Shown one piece after another: positions 1 to 13,090 of a stretch of 64,000 nucleotides of DNA. The notes below the pieces were generated by a model. That model worked only from the letters and a program-made list of their open reading frames with translations, ran no database searches and was not told where the DNA came from. Both the position numbers and the translations under genes were made by a program. This DNA comes from Piedraia hortae CBS 480.64 (lineage: Eukaryota). Within the stretch, counting starts at the first letter, position 1. Each line of letters opens with the position of its first letter. The stretch covers positions 186,001 to 250,000 of the forward strand of contig MU005974.1 of NCBI GenBank assembly GCA_010093745.1. The letters run 5' to 3'.

Positions 1-2
1 CT

Positions 3-251
3 CTTCCCAAGGTTATTGAGGGTGGACAGGCGGCTGAGCCGCTTTATAATACGTCTAAGATGAGGAGGTTACAGGATGAGGCGGAAAAGCTGCAAAAGGA
101 GATTGGGGAGAAGGAGGGGAGGAAGAGGAAGGGGTTACTTGAATGGGAGAAGTTGGCTCGTGATGTGGATGTTGCGGCGTTGAAAAGTCAGCTGGCGGAG
201 AAGATGTGTAGGGAGTTTAGTGGGGAGTCTGAGGCGGCGAGGGCGTTTTGA
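3..251 (+). CDS. 3' end of a conserved fungal hypothetical protein (C-terminal coiled coil); partial at window edge
   Basis: The frame is open from position 3 (LPKVIEGGQAAEPLYNTSKMRRLQDEAEKLQKEI...AALKSQLAE...RAF*), is coiled-coil-like, and stops at 249-251. Confidence 0.6.
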   Translation, partial: LPKVIEGGQAAEPLYNTSKMRRLQDEAEKLQKEIGEKEGRKRKGLLEWEKLARDVDVAALKSQLAEKMCREFSGESEAARAF

Positions 252-269
252 TTGTATGATATGGATGTG

Positions 270-2457
270 CTAATAGCCGAGGGTTATGGTGTTCTTCCAG
301 TTCGGGGAGAGGGTTTGTTCTAGTGCCAGAACCTGGTGGGGGAAGGGGATGTTAGACTGGAGGGATGAGGGGTGGGGGGAGGCTTACCAACGCCGTCCGC
401 GAGGGGATGTATACATGCATGCAACACCTCCTCCCATTCCAAGGGAGATCTTGAGTAAAGAATCGTTGACCTTTCTGCACCCTCCCGAACCCACCGAAGG
501 CATCTTTATCGTCCGTGTCGAGGATGATTTGATACGTCCCCGGCACATCGACACCCACGCGGTAGTCTGTATACGACTTCTCGGGATGGAAATTAAAAAC
601 CCACACCAACCCAGCGCGTTCGAAAACCAGCATCTTATCCCCATCATGTTTCAGCGAGATATACGCCTGTGGCGAGTGCAGCCATCCATACTTCTCCTCC
701 GTATGCTGCATCGCACTGTCAAAATTATTCAGAAACTTGTACCTTAACAACTCGTCATCAACGAGGTTATACTGCCTCCTTGCATAATGGAACGAGTTCT
801 TGTTCCCCTCGCGCGGAAAATCAAGCCACTCGGGGTGTCCGAATTCGTTGCCCGAGAAGTTAAGATAGCCTTCCCCTCCCAACGAATGGGTTACGAGACG
901 GATGAGTTTATGCAGAGCAATCCCCCTCGCGATGACGGGGGTTAGTTCGGATAAGGTAGACATGTTGGTGTACATTTGCGCGTCGCAGAGCCAGAACAAC
1001 AGGGTTTTGTCCCCCACGAGGGCCTGGTCGTGGGACTCGGCGTACGCGATGGTTTTTTCGGCGTGGCGGCGGTTGGTGAGTGTGAACGCTAACGCGCCCA
1101 TGTCCCAGTCGATGTCATTTTTCTCTTTGAGCCATTTGATATACAGGTCCGGTACTGCCATGGCGAGACGGTAGTCGAATCCGATTCCGCCCAAGGAGAG
1201 TTTGATGCAGAGGGCGGGCATGCCGCTTACGTCCTCTGCTATTGTGATGCAGTCTGGATAGAGGTCGTGGAGGAGTTCGTTGGCGAGCATTAAATAGACG
1301 ACTCCGTCTTCGTCGACGGAGGGGCCGAAGTATTCGTGATACCCACCGCTAAAGCCCGTGCCGATCCCGTGGTGGAGGTATAACATGCTTGTTACCCCGT
1401 CGAAACGGAAGCCGTCGAACTGGTACTCTTCCATCCAGAACCGGAGATTTGAGAGTAAAAAGCGAAGCACTTCGTGGTTGCCGTAATTGAAGAGCCGGGA
1501 GTCCCAAAGTTCGTGACGACCGCGGGCGCCTTCGTGGAAGTAGAGGTGGTCGCTGTTGTCGAACATGTTCAACCCGTCGAGGACGTTCTTGCTCGCGTGG
1601 CTGTGGACTACGTCGAGTAGGACGGTTATGCCTAAGCCGTGAGCGGTGTCGACGAGTTCTTTGAGATCGTCGGGTTCGCCGTACCGCGACGAGGCGGCGA
1701 AGAAGCTGTTGATTTGGTACCCGAATGAGGCGTAGTAGGCGTGCTCCATGATGGCCATCAGCTGGATCACGTTGTAGCCAAGTTTGTGGATACGAGGCAA
1801 AGTGTTCTGCGTAAACTCTTTGTACGAAGCTACCTTGGCCTCGGGGCTGCTGATGCCTACGTGGGCTTCGTAGATGCGAGCGCTCAAAGGTTTTGGAGGG
1901 CGTTTGTTCTTGAACTGATACTTTTCCGGTGGGTTCCAGAAGCGCGCATCGTACACTGGAGACACGGACAGGTCTTGAGTCACCCGTTTGATCCACGCTG
2001 GGATCCTCTCCTGTCGTGCATGGTCGTTTGGAACCACCATGCTGATCTTGACCTTGCTGTCATGGCCTATGGCGGGTTTCCCATTGACAGGCTGCAGGGT
2101 AATCTCAAACACACCGTAAGGGTTCTTCTTCATTTCATGACTGTCCCTATTCCAGTTGTTAAAGTCACCTATAAGATAGGCCCGCATGGCATTGGGAGCC
2201 CATTCGCGGTACGTAATGGAGTTATCTTTGGCTACCTGAAACCCGAATTTCTCATATCCGCGGGAGAACTTGTCCAGTCCACCCTCCGTCTCCTTGATGG
2301 TCTTGATCCATTGCTGGGCCTTGCTGAATCGACGTCTAAGAGCGTCCTTGTAGGGCTCCAACCAGGGATCTAGCTGTACGATGCCTGTTCCATCGTTGGC
2401 CCCCTTGGGAGGAGCCTCCTGAATGCTGTCAGCTGCCGCCTCGTTCAACGCGTCCAT
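270..2457 (-). CDS. GLC3: 1,4-alpha-glucan (glycogen) branching enzyme, GH13
   Basis: Motifs [28 protein letters not shown] and [14 protein letters not shown]. Exons 2457-388 and 332-270. Intron 387-333 (GTAAG..CTAAC..CAG) gives C-terminus [20 protein letters not shown]. Confidence 0.96.
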
Positions 2458-2468
2458 TGTGTTGGATG

Positions 2469-2636
2469 AGGGGAATCGGATTCATCATCTCGCATGAGAC
2501 CCGCTGTGGGGTGACGTTGGTTTTCATGTGATTTGGCCGTAAAGCTCCATGCGGTAAGTGAACGAGGGGTTTGCTGGATGGAGGACGGCAAGTTCCGATC
2601 ATGGCAACTGGCCTCGTTGGGAACAATGTGAAGGGG
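2469..2636 (-). promoter_or_regulatory. Three STRE-like CCCCT/AGGGG motifs upstream of the branching enzyme gene
   Basis: AGGGG at 2469, 2565 and 2632. STREs are known upstream of fungal glycogen genes, but a 5-mer has low specificity. Confidence 0.25.
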
Positions 2637-2790
2637 TATATCATCTACTTTTGTGTGTTGCTTCCTCAGGCATGCTGCTCTACTTTTGCTCGTTGATGAT
2701 GGACAGTACCTCAGACTGGCCACACGCAGAACGCTACAAGACAGAGGCGGTACATGGGGAGACCCAGACACACCGTGGGACCGTCATTTC

Positions 2791-3258
2791 TCAAACTTTG
2801 TCTGACCCATGGACGCTCATCGCGAGTTCGAGTTCTAGGGAATTCAAATCTATGCGGTCATAGGCCAATACTCTCACCGTGTGATGTGGACATAAGTCGG
2901 TTTTTCCGGTCGCAGCGCGGTATCTGTGTTCAAGCAGTACGCGTCAACGCTCGCCTCTGGCATCCCTATGCCCGTGTGGCTGCGTTATGACCGTGGCGCA
3001 GAGACCCTCATGGCTGCGGACTTTCACTACGACCTCACAATGAAAGTCCGCAACAATACACAGGAAGAGCTTGCCTTCAAAGATTGTTTCCAAAATGGGA
3101 CAAGCAAGGCCAACCAGAGGATCGAGGCCTTGTGGGGCCAGATGAGCAAATCCAAATTTTCGGGGTGGAAGCTCCATTTAGAGGAGCTCTCTAATACCAA
3201 CCAATACAGTCGTCACTCCTCTGCCGATCGCATCGCTTTCCTCACGATCTATGTCCCC
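2791..3258 (+). pseudogene. Decayed integrase-core (DDE, IS3EU-like) transposase fragment
   Basis: Reads SNFV*PMDAHREFEF*GIQIYAVIGQYSHRVMWT*VGFSGRSAVSVFKQY...LRYDRGAET...GTSKANQRIEALW...DRIAFLTIYVP. This matches the integrase-core pattern NFxWSxDGH..GIxIYAxID / RSDRGxET / GxSxxNQRIExxW, with three in-frame stops. Confidence 0.7.
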
Positions 3259-5254
3259 AGAGCAGGATGTGGTCACGAGCACGCCTTGCGTTGCTATATG
3301 ACTATCCTGAAACACAGAAGGCACCGTGGACTTACTGGGATTCTGAATGTTAGACTCAAGAATCCTCCGATATACTTGCAACAAAAGCGCAAGAGAACTA
3401 TTCGACTCACTGAAATGCAAAAACCTGCCCGTTCTAGCTATCCAAGAACCGATAATCACGGAACAACATCGACATATTTACCCAAAAACTAGGAATTGGA
3501 AACGGTGCTCCATATGTCATATGATTCGCAACATGCAAATTTTCCGAGGACAGAGTTTGAAGCATCGTCGTTCCGTGGTGCTTGCTATGGGATCTGCACC
3601 ATGTGTTTTCCCAATGCAGCGCTGCGTTACCCGGTGCGGCTAAACGGGGGTGTGGTGCCTTCTATGCCGCTATGGATACTACGCATAGGGGTCTTAGAGG
3701 GCTGGGTTGTGTGGATTAGGTTTGGGTCATGAATGTATGTACAGGAGACAAACCTCATACATATAGCTGGGCAGTCCATCTTGCTCGGTTCCCTAGCATC
3801 ATCACCGCACCAGCGTCAGCTTCGTCAGCGCACTTGAGTAGTGTAAGTTCGGCTCCGCCAGGGGGCTCTGTGTGGCATTATTCGTGTGAAAAGAGCCTTC
3901 TTGAATCCATCCTGTCAGATGCAATGGACAACTAAATACCAGAGGTTACGATGGAATCTTAGATCCACAGTAAGATACGTTTGACAAAGCCTCCGCGTCA
4001 CTCTAAACCAGAACCATGTCCCACGAAAGAACCAAGTACGTAAAAGAGCCTTAGGTAGCGGGCTTGAATTTAACGACGTCGAAGCTATGGACATTCGGCA
4101 GAGTTTCAGGGGTATGTAGCCGGTGGTAAGATTCCCATGAGGAAACTCTTCGAGGCATACCGCACGACCTCCAGAAGCCGTCTATGACTAATAAGGAAGT
4201 CATGAGACACGATACCATACTGCTCTGCATCAATTCCAGCTAGTAAGAGGCTGTGGCTTCGATGTAGCAAACTTGCGAAACTTAGGGACCCCTGTTTCTC
4301 CATCATGAACAAGTAACGGTGCAAACGAATAATTTCATAGAACTGCTCGACTCACCGACGATCACTTTTTGCTAACTTTTCGCTGTCCGACGTAACAGGT
4401 TCCAACTCGAAGTCATGCAGCTTGGAAGATAGAAAAGGGAAGGAGATCCGAAATGGTTGTATATTGTCTTCTCATTCGCAGCGTTGCTGATAATGACCGA
4501 CTGTCAGAAGAATATGGTGCCCACCATGACCAGAACCTTGGATTGAAGTCGAAACTTCCCAGGGTTTTTACCTCTATAGAAAGAGTTTTCCCCGAGACGG
4601 GTCATTGTCCCGTTCATGCTTAAGGGCATGGATCACTGACGTTGTCCTGGCGAATGCGGTTAGATTGAAGTAGTGTGGAGAAGGTTTCGAACCTCACCTC
4701 ACGTAGAGATAGACATCTACATTCACCTTTTGGTCAGAGTTGAGTGCACACATTTGTCGTTGATATACGTTCCGCTTTAGTCCTCGGAGATTTATCCCTC
4801 CGACACCGACTTATGAGGACTGGATAAAGTTTCGCATTTCCATTTTGCGCTGCCAGACATTTAATATCAAAGTGTCACATTTTATGCGACACACTCTAAA
4901 GTCAAAATATCTCAGAGTAAGGACATATAGGTACGAAATGCTCATTGAAAGGTACAGCCCTTGCTTGGGCAAGTAAACGTCGCGGAGAGGGAGTATGCAT
5001 ACTCTGTTGATGTAACTTTTGGGTTGTTTTTGTGAGAGTGAATGGAGTGCGAAAGGGTGGATGTAGATACAATCAGCTGATGATGGAGGATAATATAGTC
5101 AAGGTGAATGAATGAATATCTATCGACATGCGTTAGAAATCAACCCCCAATATAGAAATTCGAAAGGTGATACCGCTTTTTCAGGCTGACCAAGTCAGGT
5201 GGTGGAACGTATAGGTCTTGTGGGAAGAGTGTGGGACTGGTATGGAAGGTGGTT

Positions 5255-5582
5255 GGCTGTGTAATGACAGGACGTGACAGGAAGTAACGAACACTTTACG
5301 TTTCACCGGCTGCCACTGACACAGGCTGATGACGAGAAGTGACAGGGAGTGACGCACACTCTGTTTTGCACTCGCTGCCAATGACACTCACCAGTGACAG
5401 AAGGTGACGATCACTCTGTTTCACTTCCTGTCAATGACACAGATTAGTGACATAAAGTGACAGGGACTGTATTTTCCACGGCCTGTAAATGACACAGACC
5501 AGTGACCGAAAATGACCGTCACACCATGTTTCACCGCCTTTCAATGATACAGAATAGTAACAGAAAGTGACCGTCACTATCT
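5255..5582. repeat. Degenerate ~54-bp minisatellite (5-6 units) rich in TGACA
   Basis: Units resemble GTTTCACnnnCTGTCAATGACACAGAnnAGTGACAGAAAGTGACnGTCACT and start near 5300, 5363, 5418, 5472 and 5528. Confidence 0.8.
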
Positions 5583-6340
5583 GAAATGCAACATCGCCAC
5601 AATAATATCCAAGCAGAACAGTAGCCAAATACCCTTCTCAGCCACCTACTGCTGCCTTTTGTGTTCAATCAACTTTACCCGTTCCAGAGAGCCCGATCCT
5701 CCCAATCCATCAATTTTCAAGCAACACCCAATATCGCAACCTTCAATTTGGGTATTCCAGTGAAAATGACCCGATCCTTAATCTATCCAGGGACGTCCCA
5801 AGCGACAGCATGATGTCGTCGATGCTGATTGGGGCGTCCGTGAATGGACTGGGGACACCTGGAACTCCGACTCACTCATCGAGATGTCTTCCACGCTATT
5901 GTTTTCGGGCTCCGAGTCACACATGGAAGCATCTTCCACTGTTGGTTGCTTAAGGTCCGCCCTCAAACAATATGTTCTTGTATGCGCTCGACCAGATTTT
6001 GCATGAATTTAGCTTCCAGGCAGAGGTTCTTCGAGCATGGCCATCTGCTGTTCGAACAATCTGTGGTTTTAATCTTAGATCTTGATACACCCGCGTTTAA
6101 TCGAAAGGTAAAGGTAAGGGCGTACGGCGACCACCCTTATTTTCTGGTCTCGCAGAAAAGACATCACTTGACGTTAGATGAGGATCCTTTTGAAAGGTCA
6201 GGGCAGTGTCCTATTTTGTGAGTGCTGAGCTCCTGGGCTCTACGCTTCTCAGACCACCAGAAGTATGCCGCCGCGCTCGCCAACAACTGCCTTTAACACT
6301 ACTTCTTTCGTTGGCTGGTGCTGCGCAAGTTATTAATCAG

Positions 6341-6620
6341 CATCCCCCAGAACGCAAACTTGCAGTGTGTATCCATTGGCCAAACAAAGTCGAATGACGG
6401 TTCCACGGCGGGTCTGCATTTTCTTCGCACGTAGATGGACTGCCAAGAGCGGACAGGCTATGTTGTACGTGTAGCGATAGTTCGATGAGAATAATCTAAC
6501 GACTTACCGTCCTATGATCCTGTACTGCGGATACGTCCGTCGGATGTAGTTTCGGCCATAATCGTTTACTGTTCCCTTGTCAAGCTCGATGATGAGGATC
6601 TCATGAATCCTTTCTTTCAG
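6341..6620 (-). pseudogene. Second fragment (more N-terminal part) of the same integrase-core transposase family
   Basis: Minus strand reads ELDKGTVNDYGRNYIRR...IIGR, then LAVHLRAKKMQTRRGTVI and DFVWPMDTHCKFAFWGM. The DNA is homologous to 2765-2842 (ccgtgg.accgtcatt..actttgt.tg.cc.atgga). Confidence 0.6.
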
Positions 6621-7002
6621 TGCGGTCACTTCAGAAGTCCTTGACACCAGAACACTGAATCCCCGACACAGCGTAGACGCAAATCCAGCGGACTTTGTGG
6701 GCACGGGAAGAAACTGAAAGTTTATTCTCACTTGAAATGAGAAGAACCTTCGATTTTCACAACTTCTTATCAGATCAACCCGCAGCCCAAGCCTCTAATC
6801 CATTTAGCCAGTTCCAAACCCTCTACCATCCACAAGACCCACAAACAGACCCGTCTCCAAACAATCTTACACCATCCTCCTGCCCTTCACCAACATCCCT
6901 CGACGTCATATCACATGACTCCCTCCCCTCATCCACCCACCAGCCCATCGAAACCTCCATGCGACCCAATAACCCCTCCCACAGGGGACGCTGAATGGAA
7001 AA

Positions 7003-8625
7003 ATGCCCCGCTTCCCCCGCCCCAAATCCAAGCTGCGCTACTCCACCTTCACGGGCGGCTACACGGGGGAGTACACGGCCTACAGTGCGCCCCAAGGGCC
7101 TCTATACAATGCATCCAAACCCCTCCCTACCCCGCGCCAGCTCAAAGAGCATCTAGACCGGTATGTAGTTGGTCAGGAACGAGCAAAAAAAGTTCTCTGC
7201 ACGGCGGTATATCAGCATCAGAGGAGGATACAGGAACTGCAGAGGAGGGAGGACGAGGCTGTTGAGAGGTTGGAGAGGGAGAGGAGAGGTGGGATATATA
7301 GGCGGAGGGTTGCGGTGCCGGTGGGGAGGGAGGACCCTATGGAGGAGGGGTTGGAGGGATACCCACACTCACACCCACGAGTTGGGGAGGATGAATATTC
7401 ACGAATCGGAGAATGGGACCCCAGGCAGACCTCTCCCTCACATCCACAGAGGAGCGGGGAAGAACACTCCCAAAGTAGCAGGGAGTGGGCCTTACATTCA
7501 TATCTTCACTCCTCCTTGGGTAATACCTCCCCAGAGCCCACCCTCCAAAAGAGTAACATCCTCCTCCTCGGGCCCTCCGGCACAGGCAAAACCCTTTTAG
7601 CCTCAACCCTCTCCACCCTCCTCTCCATCCCCCTCTCAATCTCAGACTGCAATACATTTACCCAAGCAGGCTACGTAGGCGACGACGTCGAAGTGTGCGT
7701 TTCCCGCCTCCTATCCTCGGCAAACTACAACACCGCCCTCGCGGAGCGGGGAATCATTTGTCTCGACGAGATCGATAAATTAGCCAGACGAGGCGGTAGC
7801 TCCGGAGGGCCCCCCGGAGGTTCTCCCGGGCGGGATGTATCAGGGGAAGGCGTACAGCAGGCTCTGCTAAAGCTGATCGAGGGGACGGATGTGGAAGTTA
7901 CTGTACGTTCCCGACCGGGGGGTACGGGGGGTGCGGGTGCTGCGCACTCGGCATTCAACCAGGGAAGGGGCGAAACCTACAAACTCAACACGGAAAACAT
8001 CCTGTTTATCTGCGCGGGGGCGTTCACCGGGCTTGAGAGGATTATTTCTTCCCGGACGGGGAAGCAGAAGATTGGCTTTTCCAACCCAACTGAATCCAAT
8101 GACTCCCCGAAGGACCACCCCAAGGATCCCCCAAAAAACTCACAAAGGAATGACTCCTCAAAGTCCCCCACCCCATTCCCCAGCAAAGCATCCTCACTTC
8201 CCACCCCCCAGGACCTGATCGAATACGGCCTCATCCCCGAACTCATCAGCCGCCTTCCCCTCCTCACCCCCCTGGAGAAACTAGGCGTCTCTGACCTCAT
8301 CCGGATACTTACAGAACCGCATAATTCTCTGATAGGGCAGTATATTCATCTCTTCGCGCTTGATGGGGTAGAACTGCGAATCACGCGCGAGGCAATGTAT
8401 AACATCGCCGTGCAAGCGGAGAAGCTAGGGACCGGGGCGAGGGGTTTGAGGGGAATTTTGGAGGGTTTGCTCTCTGATGCGATGTTTAGTGTTCCTGGGA
8501 GTGGAATCGGGTATGTTCTTGTCAGAGAGGGGGGGAGGGTTGAGGTTTTCCCCCATGGGGACGGAGGGAGGTTTAGAGCACTATACGCTGTAGAAGAGGA
8601 GCGGTGGGCAGGGAGAGGTGGATGA
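7003..8625 (+). CDS. clpX: Mitochondrial ATP-dependent Clp protease ATPase subunit ClpX
   Basis: LDRYVVGQERAKKVL, Walker A GPSGTGKT, Walker B ICLDEIDK, RDVSGEGVQQALLK, IGF loop (KIGF) and GTGARGLR. Basic N-terminus; single exon. Confidence 0.93.
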   Translation: MPRFPRPKSKLRYSTFTGGYTGEYTAYSAPQGPLYNASKPLPTPRQLKEHLDRYVVGQERAKKVLCTAVYQHQRRIQELQRREDEAVERLERERRGGIYRRRVAVPVGREDPMEEGLEGYPHSHPRVGEDEYSRIGEWDPRQTSPSHPQRSGEEHSQSSREWALHSYLHSSLGNTSPEPTLQKSNILLLGPSGTGKTLLASTLSTLLSIPLSISDCNTFTQAGYVGDDVEVCVSRLLSSANYNTALAERGIICLDEIDKLARRGGSSGGPPGGSPGRDVSGEGVQQALLKLIEGTDVEVTVRSRPGGTGGAGAAHSAFNQGRGETYKLNTENILFICAGAFTGLERIISSRTGKQKIGFSNPTESNDSPKDHPKDPPKNSQRNDSSKSPTPFPSKASSLPTPQDLIEYGLIPELISRLPLLTPLEKLGVSDLIRILTEPHNSLIGQYIHLFALDGVELRITREAMYNIAVQAEKLGTGARGLRGILEGLLSDAMFSVPGSGIGYVLVREGGRVEVFPHGDGGRFRALYAVEEERWAGRGG

Positions 8626-8935
8626 AAAAGGTCGCGAGAGGGGATTGATTTGATGGGAGGAGTTTTCCACAAGCCTGATATATCCCCGGATCCTCATCAA
8701 GTTGGGGGAACACATGCACGTGTTCGCGCTTGACCACGTCGAGTTGAGGAGAGTGGACTGTTGTATTACATGGAAGAGACTCGACGCAGACGCGAGGAGA
8801 CTACGGGTTCTTAAGCCCAGACTTGGGATTTGCTGGAAATGCCCTCCCCCGTCAAACTCATCAACAGATCTCACTGGTTATTCAGCAGAATTTCAGAAGC
8901 CACTTAAAATTTACAAACCCTCGTACAGTGTCTAT

Positions 8936-9771
<836 letters not shown>

Positions 9772-9860
9772 GTTGGATGGGAAGGGACTTGAGCCGCGGA
9801 GGTTCGCATAATGTCACATGATTACGATATTATTACACGTCATTTCATACGTGGACTAGT

Positions 9861-12793
9861 CTATGATGTCATTACCATCTGCAACGCCGCCCGTTCCTGA
9901 TTGCTGAGCTTTTCCTGGACGAAGCGACTGATTCGGCCTCCGTGGCGGGAGTCGGCGTCCTTTAGCGTTCTGCCAACCCAAGATTTGACGTCCATGACGT
10001 CAGGCCAGAGATCTTTTTGTCGGGACTTGCAGGTGTTTAGTTGTGTGTATGCTGCGCCGAAGCCGAGGTCCTCGTCCCGGTCTTCGATGACGTCGTCTTT
10101 GGATTGTGGAGGCACTGGGGGGTTGATGAGGAGTTGGAGTAAAGCCTGACAGGTAATTGTCCAGCCACGTTTGTAATATCTGTCCACAAAGGCCTGTGAA
10201 TCGGCCAGTGTGCGGGTTAGAGAGATGACTGCCGTCTTTCGGTCGAGAGGCCGGACAAGCTTCTGCGTGCCAGGGAGAATGGTCTGGATGTAGATAGGAG
10301 TAAAGACGTCTTTTTGCACTTGATCAGAAACGGCAATGAAAAAGTCTGCTCCGTGACTAGGAAGGGCGGATATGAGGTGATAAAAACGGATAAAGCGGAG
10401 GGTGAATGTCTCCGTTTTGCTGTCTTTGAGCCGGGTAAACAGCAGCTGCAGTATAGTCTTCCAGTAATTTTCCAGCGCTGTGATATTGAAGCTAGTGACG
10501 ATAGCCTCCAGTAAGTCCATGGCATACACCTCGTAAGCTTTGGAAAACAACAGCTTTTGAAAAATGGACAACACTGCCTCCGTCTGATTAGCCGCTGCAA
10601 TTTGCTCGGCACACTTTGGCAGCACGTTGCAGAGAAATCGATTCAGAGCAGGCACGTTGCCTTTGCTGTCCCAGTTCGTGATTGTCAATGTGGGCTGGAC
10701 AAGGGCCTGCATATTAGTTGTGACGCCGTCTGACGGGTTGGATTCCACCATGGCCGCCAGCAGCTGGAAGATGTACGGCTTGAACTCATCCACATCCAGT
10801 CCCAGAGTCTCTGTCAGGGGTGTAAATAGGTATCCCTCGACCTTGACAGGGTCACTGGGTCCCGCAAAGCGGATCACAGCGCCAAGAGACTCGAATAGAA
10901 AGTAGCAAAAGCCTGGGTTCGACGGATTGTGTCGAACGACCTTGAGAATGTTCACCAGATTGGTCAGCACCATGTCAAGAACAGAAGAGACCTTCTCCCG
11001 CAGGACGATTACCACCCGCATCACGCACTTCATCAAAAATTCATTCTCCTGCACCTTTTCCGGCTTGGAATCTTTGCTGATCAGTTTGAACAGGTGTTGC
11101 AGCAGGTCCTTAGACAGCGACACCACGCTGTCCCTCGAAATCACCGGCTGTCCGTCGGCATCAGTCATGTACAGTGCCCTATCGACGGCAACAGCCGCAT
11201 AAGTGTAGACGACATAGTTTGGCGAGTTTAGATGTTGCACCAGCAAGGGAAAAGCTCCAACCCACTGCTCGGCATTTAGGATGCTTCGGAAGATGTGAAG
11301 GTATTTGATGGCATCGACCTTGAGAATTGGCTGGGCATCGGAATTGGTCAAATCGACAACGATATTTTTCTGGAAAAACTCCAACACGTTGACATGTGGA
11401 TTAACACTGAGAACGCCTTTGGCTGCAGTGGCAACGCCTTTAGCTCCAATAGACGAGAACAACTGAACAGCCGTGTCTTTGGCCTTCCAGTTGGACTTCT
11501 GGTCCTTTGCGTACTCTGCCAGGAAGTGGTTGACATATCTCATCACCACCGTCGTCACCATGTCCTCAAACTGCTCCATTAGCTTTCTCAGGAAGCCAAT
11601 AGCCGCCCGTCGCCGCGTTCCCTCGTCTGACCCTTCTAAATCTTTGCGGATAAACTCAATGGGTTCATCCTCGAACGTCTCAATGTCACTCTCCCGCAGA
11701 GACACATTAGGCACAACGACCTTTTCTGTAATCTGTCCGAGGACGTCTGCACTGTTAAACTGCTGTGCGTACTGGTTGAGACCGACTACAATGGTCAAGA
11801 ACTCGAGGGCTCGGCCAACAACCGCATCGTATTTGGACTGCGGGCCGAGCCCGGTCAGCAGATTCCACGATGTCTCTATAAACGGCGTCATGTACGGCCT
11901 AAAGTCTTCGTCGTACATTTTGGAATACAGCACCAGAACACGGAAAACGCCAACACGGACATGTTCCAGCGGCCCGGCCTCGTCGTCGTCGTCTGTGTGC
12001 AATGCCTTATTGTCGTAGGTCAAATACTTGTGCAGCTGCTCTGCTATCGCGCCGAGATTCTCCTCAAATTGCGGCGGAAGATCATGAGTGGACAGGTCGT
12101 AGATGAGCTTGATGATGAGGTCGAGGGTGGTAAAGTTGGCCCGGAGGACGTCCGGTTTGTCTGCGCTTTCAGCAATCGTCTGGTCGATCCGCTGCCAAAA
12201 CTGCAGAAACGGCGAGGCAAAACGGGAGAGAACGTGGTTAATCTCCGTGTACAGCTCGTCAGACCGGTACAGCGGCTCCCAGCGGCAGAAGATGGAATGA
12301 GCCACCTGAAGCACGCCGTTGTTGACCGTCGGATCATCGGGCGTCAGTCTCGACACCAAATCGTCCACCAACGTGTCCCAGCGCTGGTAAAAGTCGCTGT
12401 CGGCAATGACGCCGGTAGCATCGCCCAGCTGCGACTGGATGTTCGGCGGCACGCGCACCATGAGCCCGACCAGCTCGGCCTTGATGGTGTTGACCTCGTT
12501 CTGCGGCAGCTGATGGTTGCCATTCTCGTCGGTCCAGTGCCGCTTAACGAAGTTTTTGAAGAACAGAGCGCTGGCCAATCGCGTGTCCTGCGGGAAGCTC
12601 GCCGTGGCCACAATCTGCAGCAGCGCCAGTGAAAAACCCGGACGGGCTTCTTCGTTCTTGAGCGCCCGCTCCGCTAAATCGGTCAGTTATCAATCTCATC
12701 CTCGGCGCTCTCGGAAAACCCACCTTGGCGGTTCTGCGACGGGTCAAGAGACGCCCGCAGCAGGTTGGCAATCGCCTGGATGTCTACCGACAT
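9861..12793 (-). CDS. CSE1: Importin-alpha re-exporter Cse1 (exportin-2)
   Basis: IBN_N motif RLASALFFKNFVKRHW, FEDEPIEFIRKDLEGSDEGTRRRAA and ENEFLMKCVMR. Exon 1 12793-12724 (MSVDIQAIANLLRASLDPSQNRQ), intron 12723-12674, exon 2 12673-9861. Confidence 0.95.
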
Positions 12794-12864
12794 ATTGCTG
12801 TCGCTGTCAGAAATGACACAGTGTTTGCGGTTCCTGGAGGGCACGTGAGCGGGAGCAGCCGCCT

Positions 12865-12920
12865 ACATGTACCACACACACAGTCTAGACCTCAAAACAT
12901 GTACACAGTCTAGACCTAAA
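12865..12920. repeat. Short tandem duplication in the CSE1 / GHKL-gene divergent promoter
   Basis: ACATGTAC(cacacac)ACAGTCTAGACCT(c)AAA occurs twice. Confidence 0.7.
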
Positions 12921-13090
12921 GACTTCTACCTACGTAGCCTAGGCCCACTTGGGACAAGCTGTCAAACTATCAATATCGTAACGCTGCCAAGTGAATCCCC
13001 CAGTAACGCTCCCGGTGAAACAGTCGCCACACGAACGTGGCAACAACACCATGATAGCCTGATATATCCTACATAACAATTCCACCCAAC

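Noticed and set aside
850..860. Ser in branching-enzyme motif [13 protein letters not shown] (usually Glu or Met)
   Set aside because: The position varies between taxa and the catalytic motifs are intact.
5255..5582. CRISPR-like array
   Set aside because: Eukaryotic context, degenerate units with no unique spacers, and no cas genes.
6695..6994. Separate ORF or extra clpX exon
   Set aside because: Low-complexity product of C-rich DNA with no clear splice link; clpX already has a plausible start at 7003.
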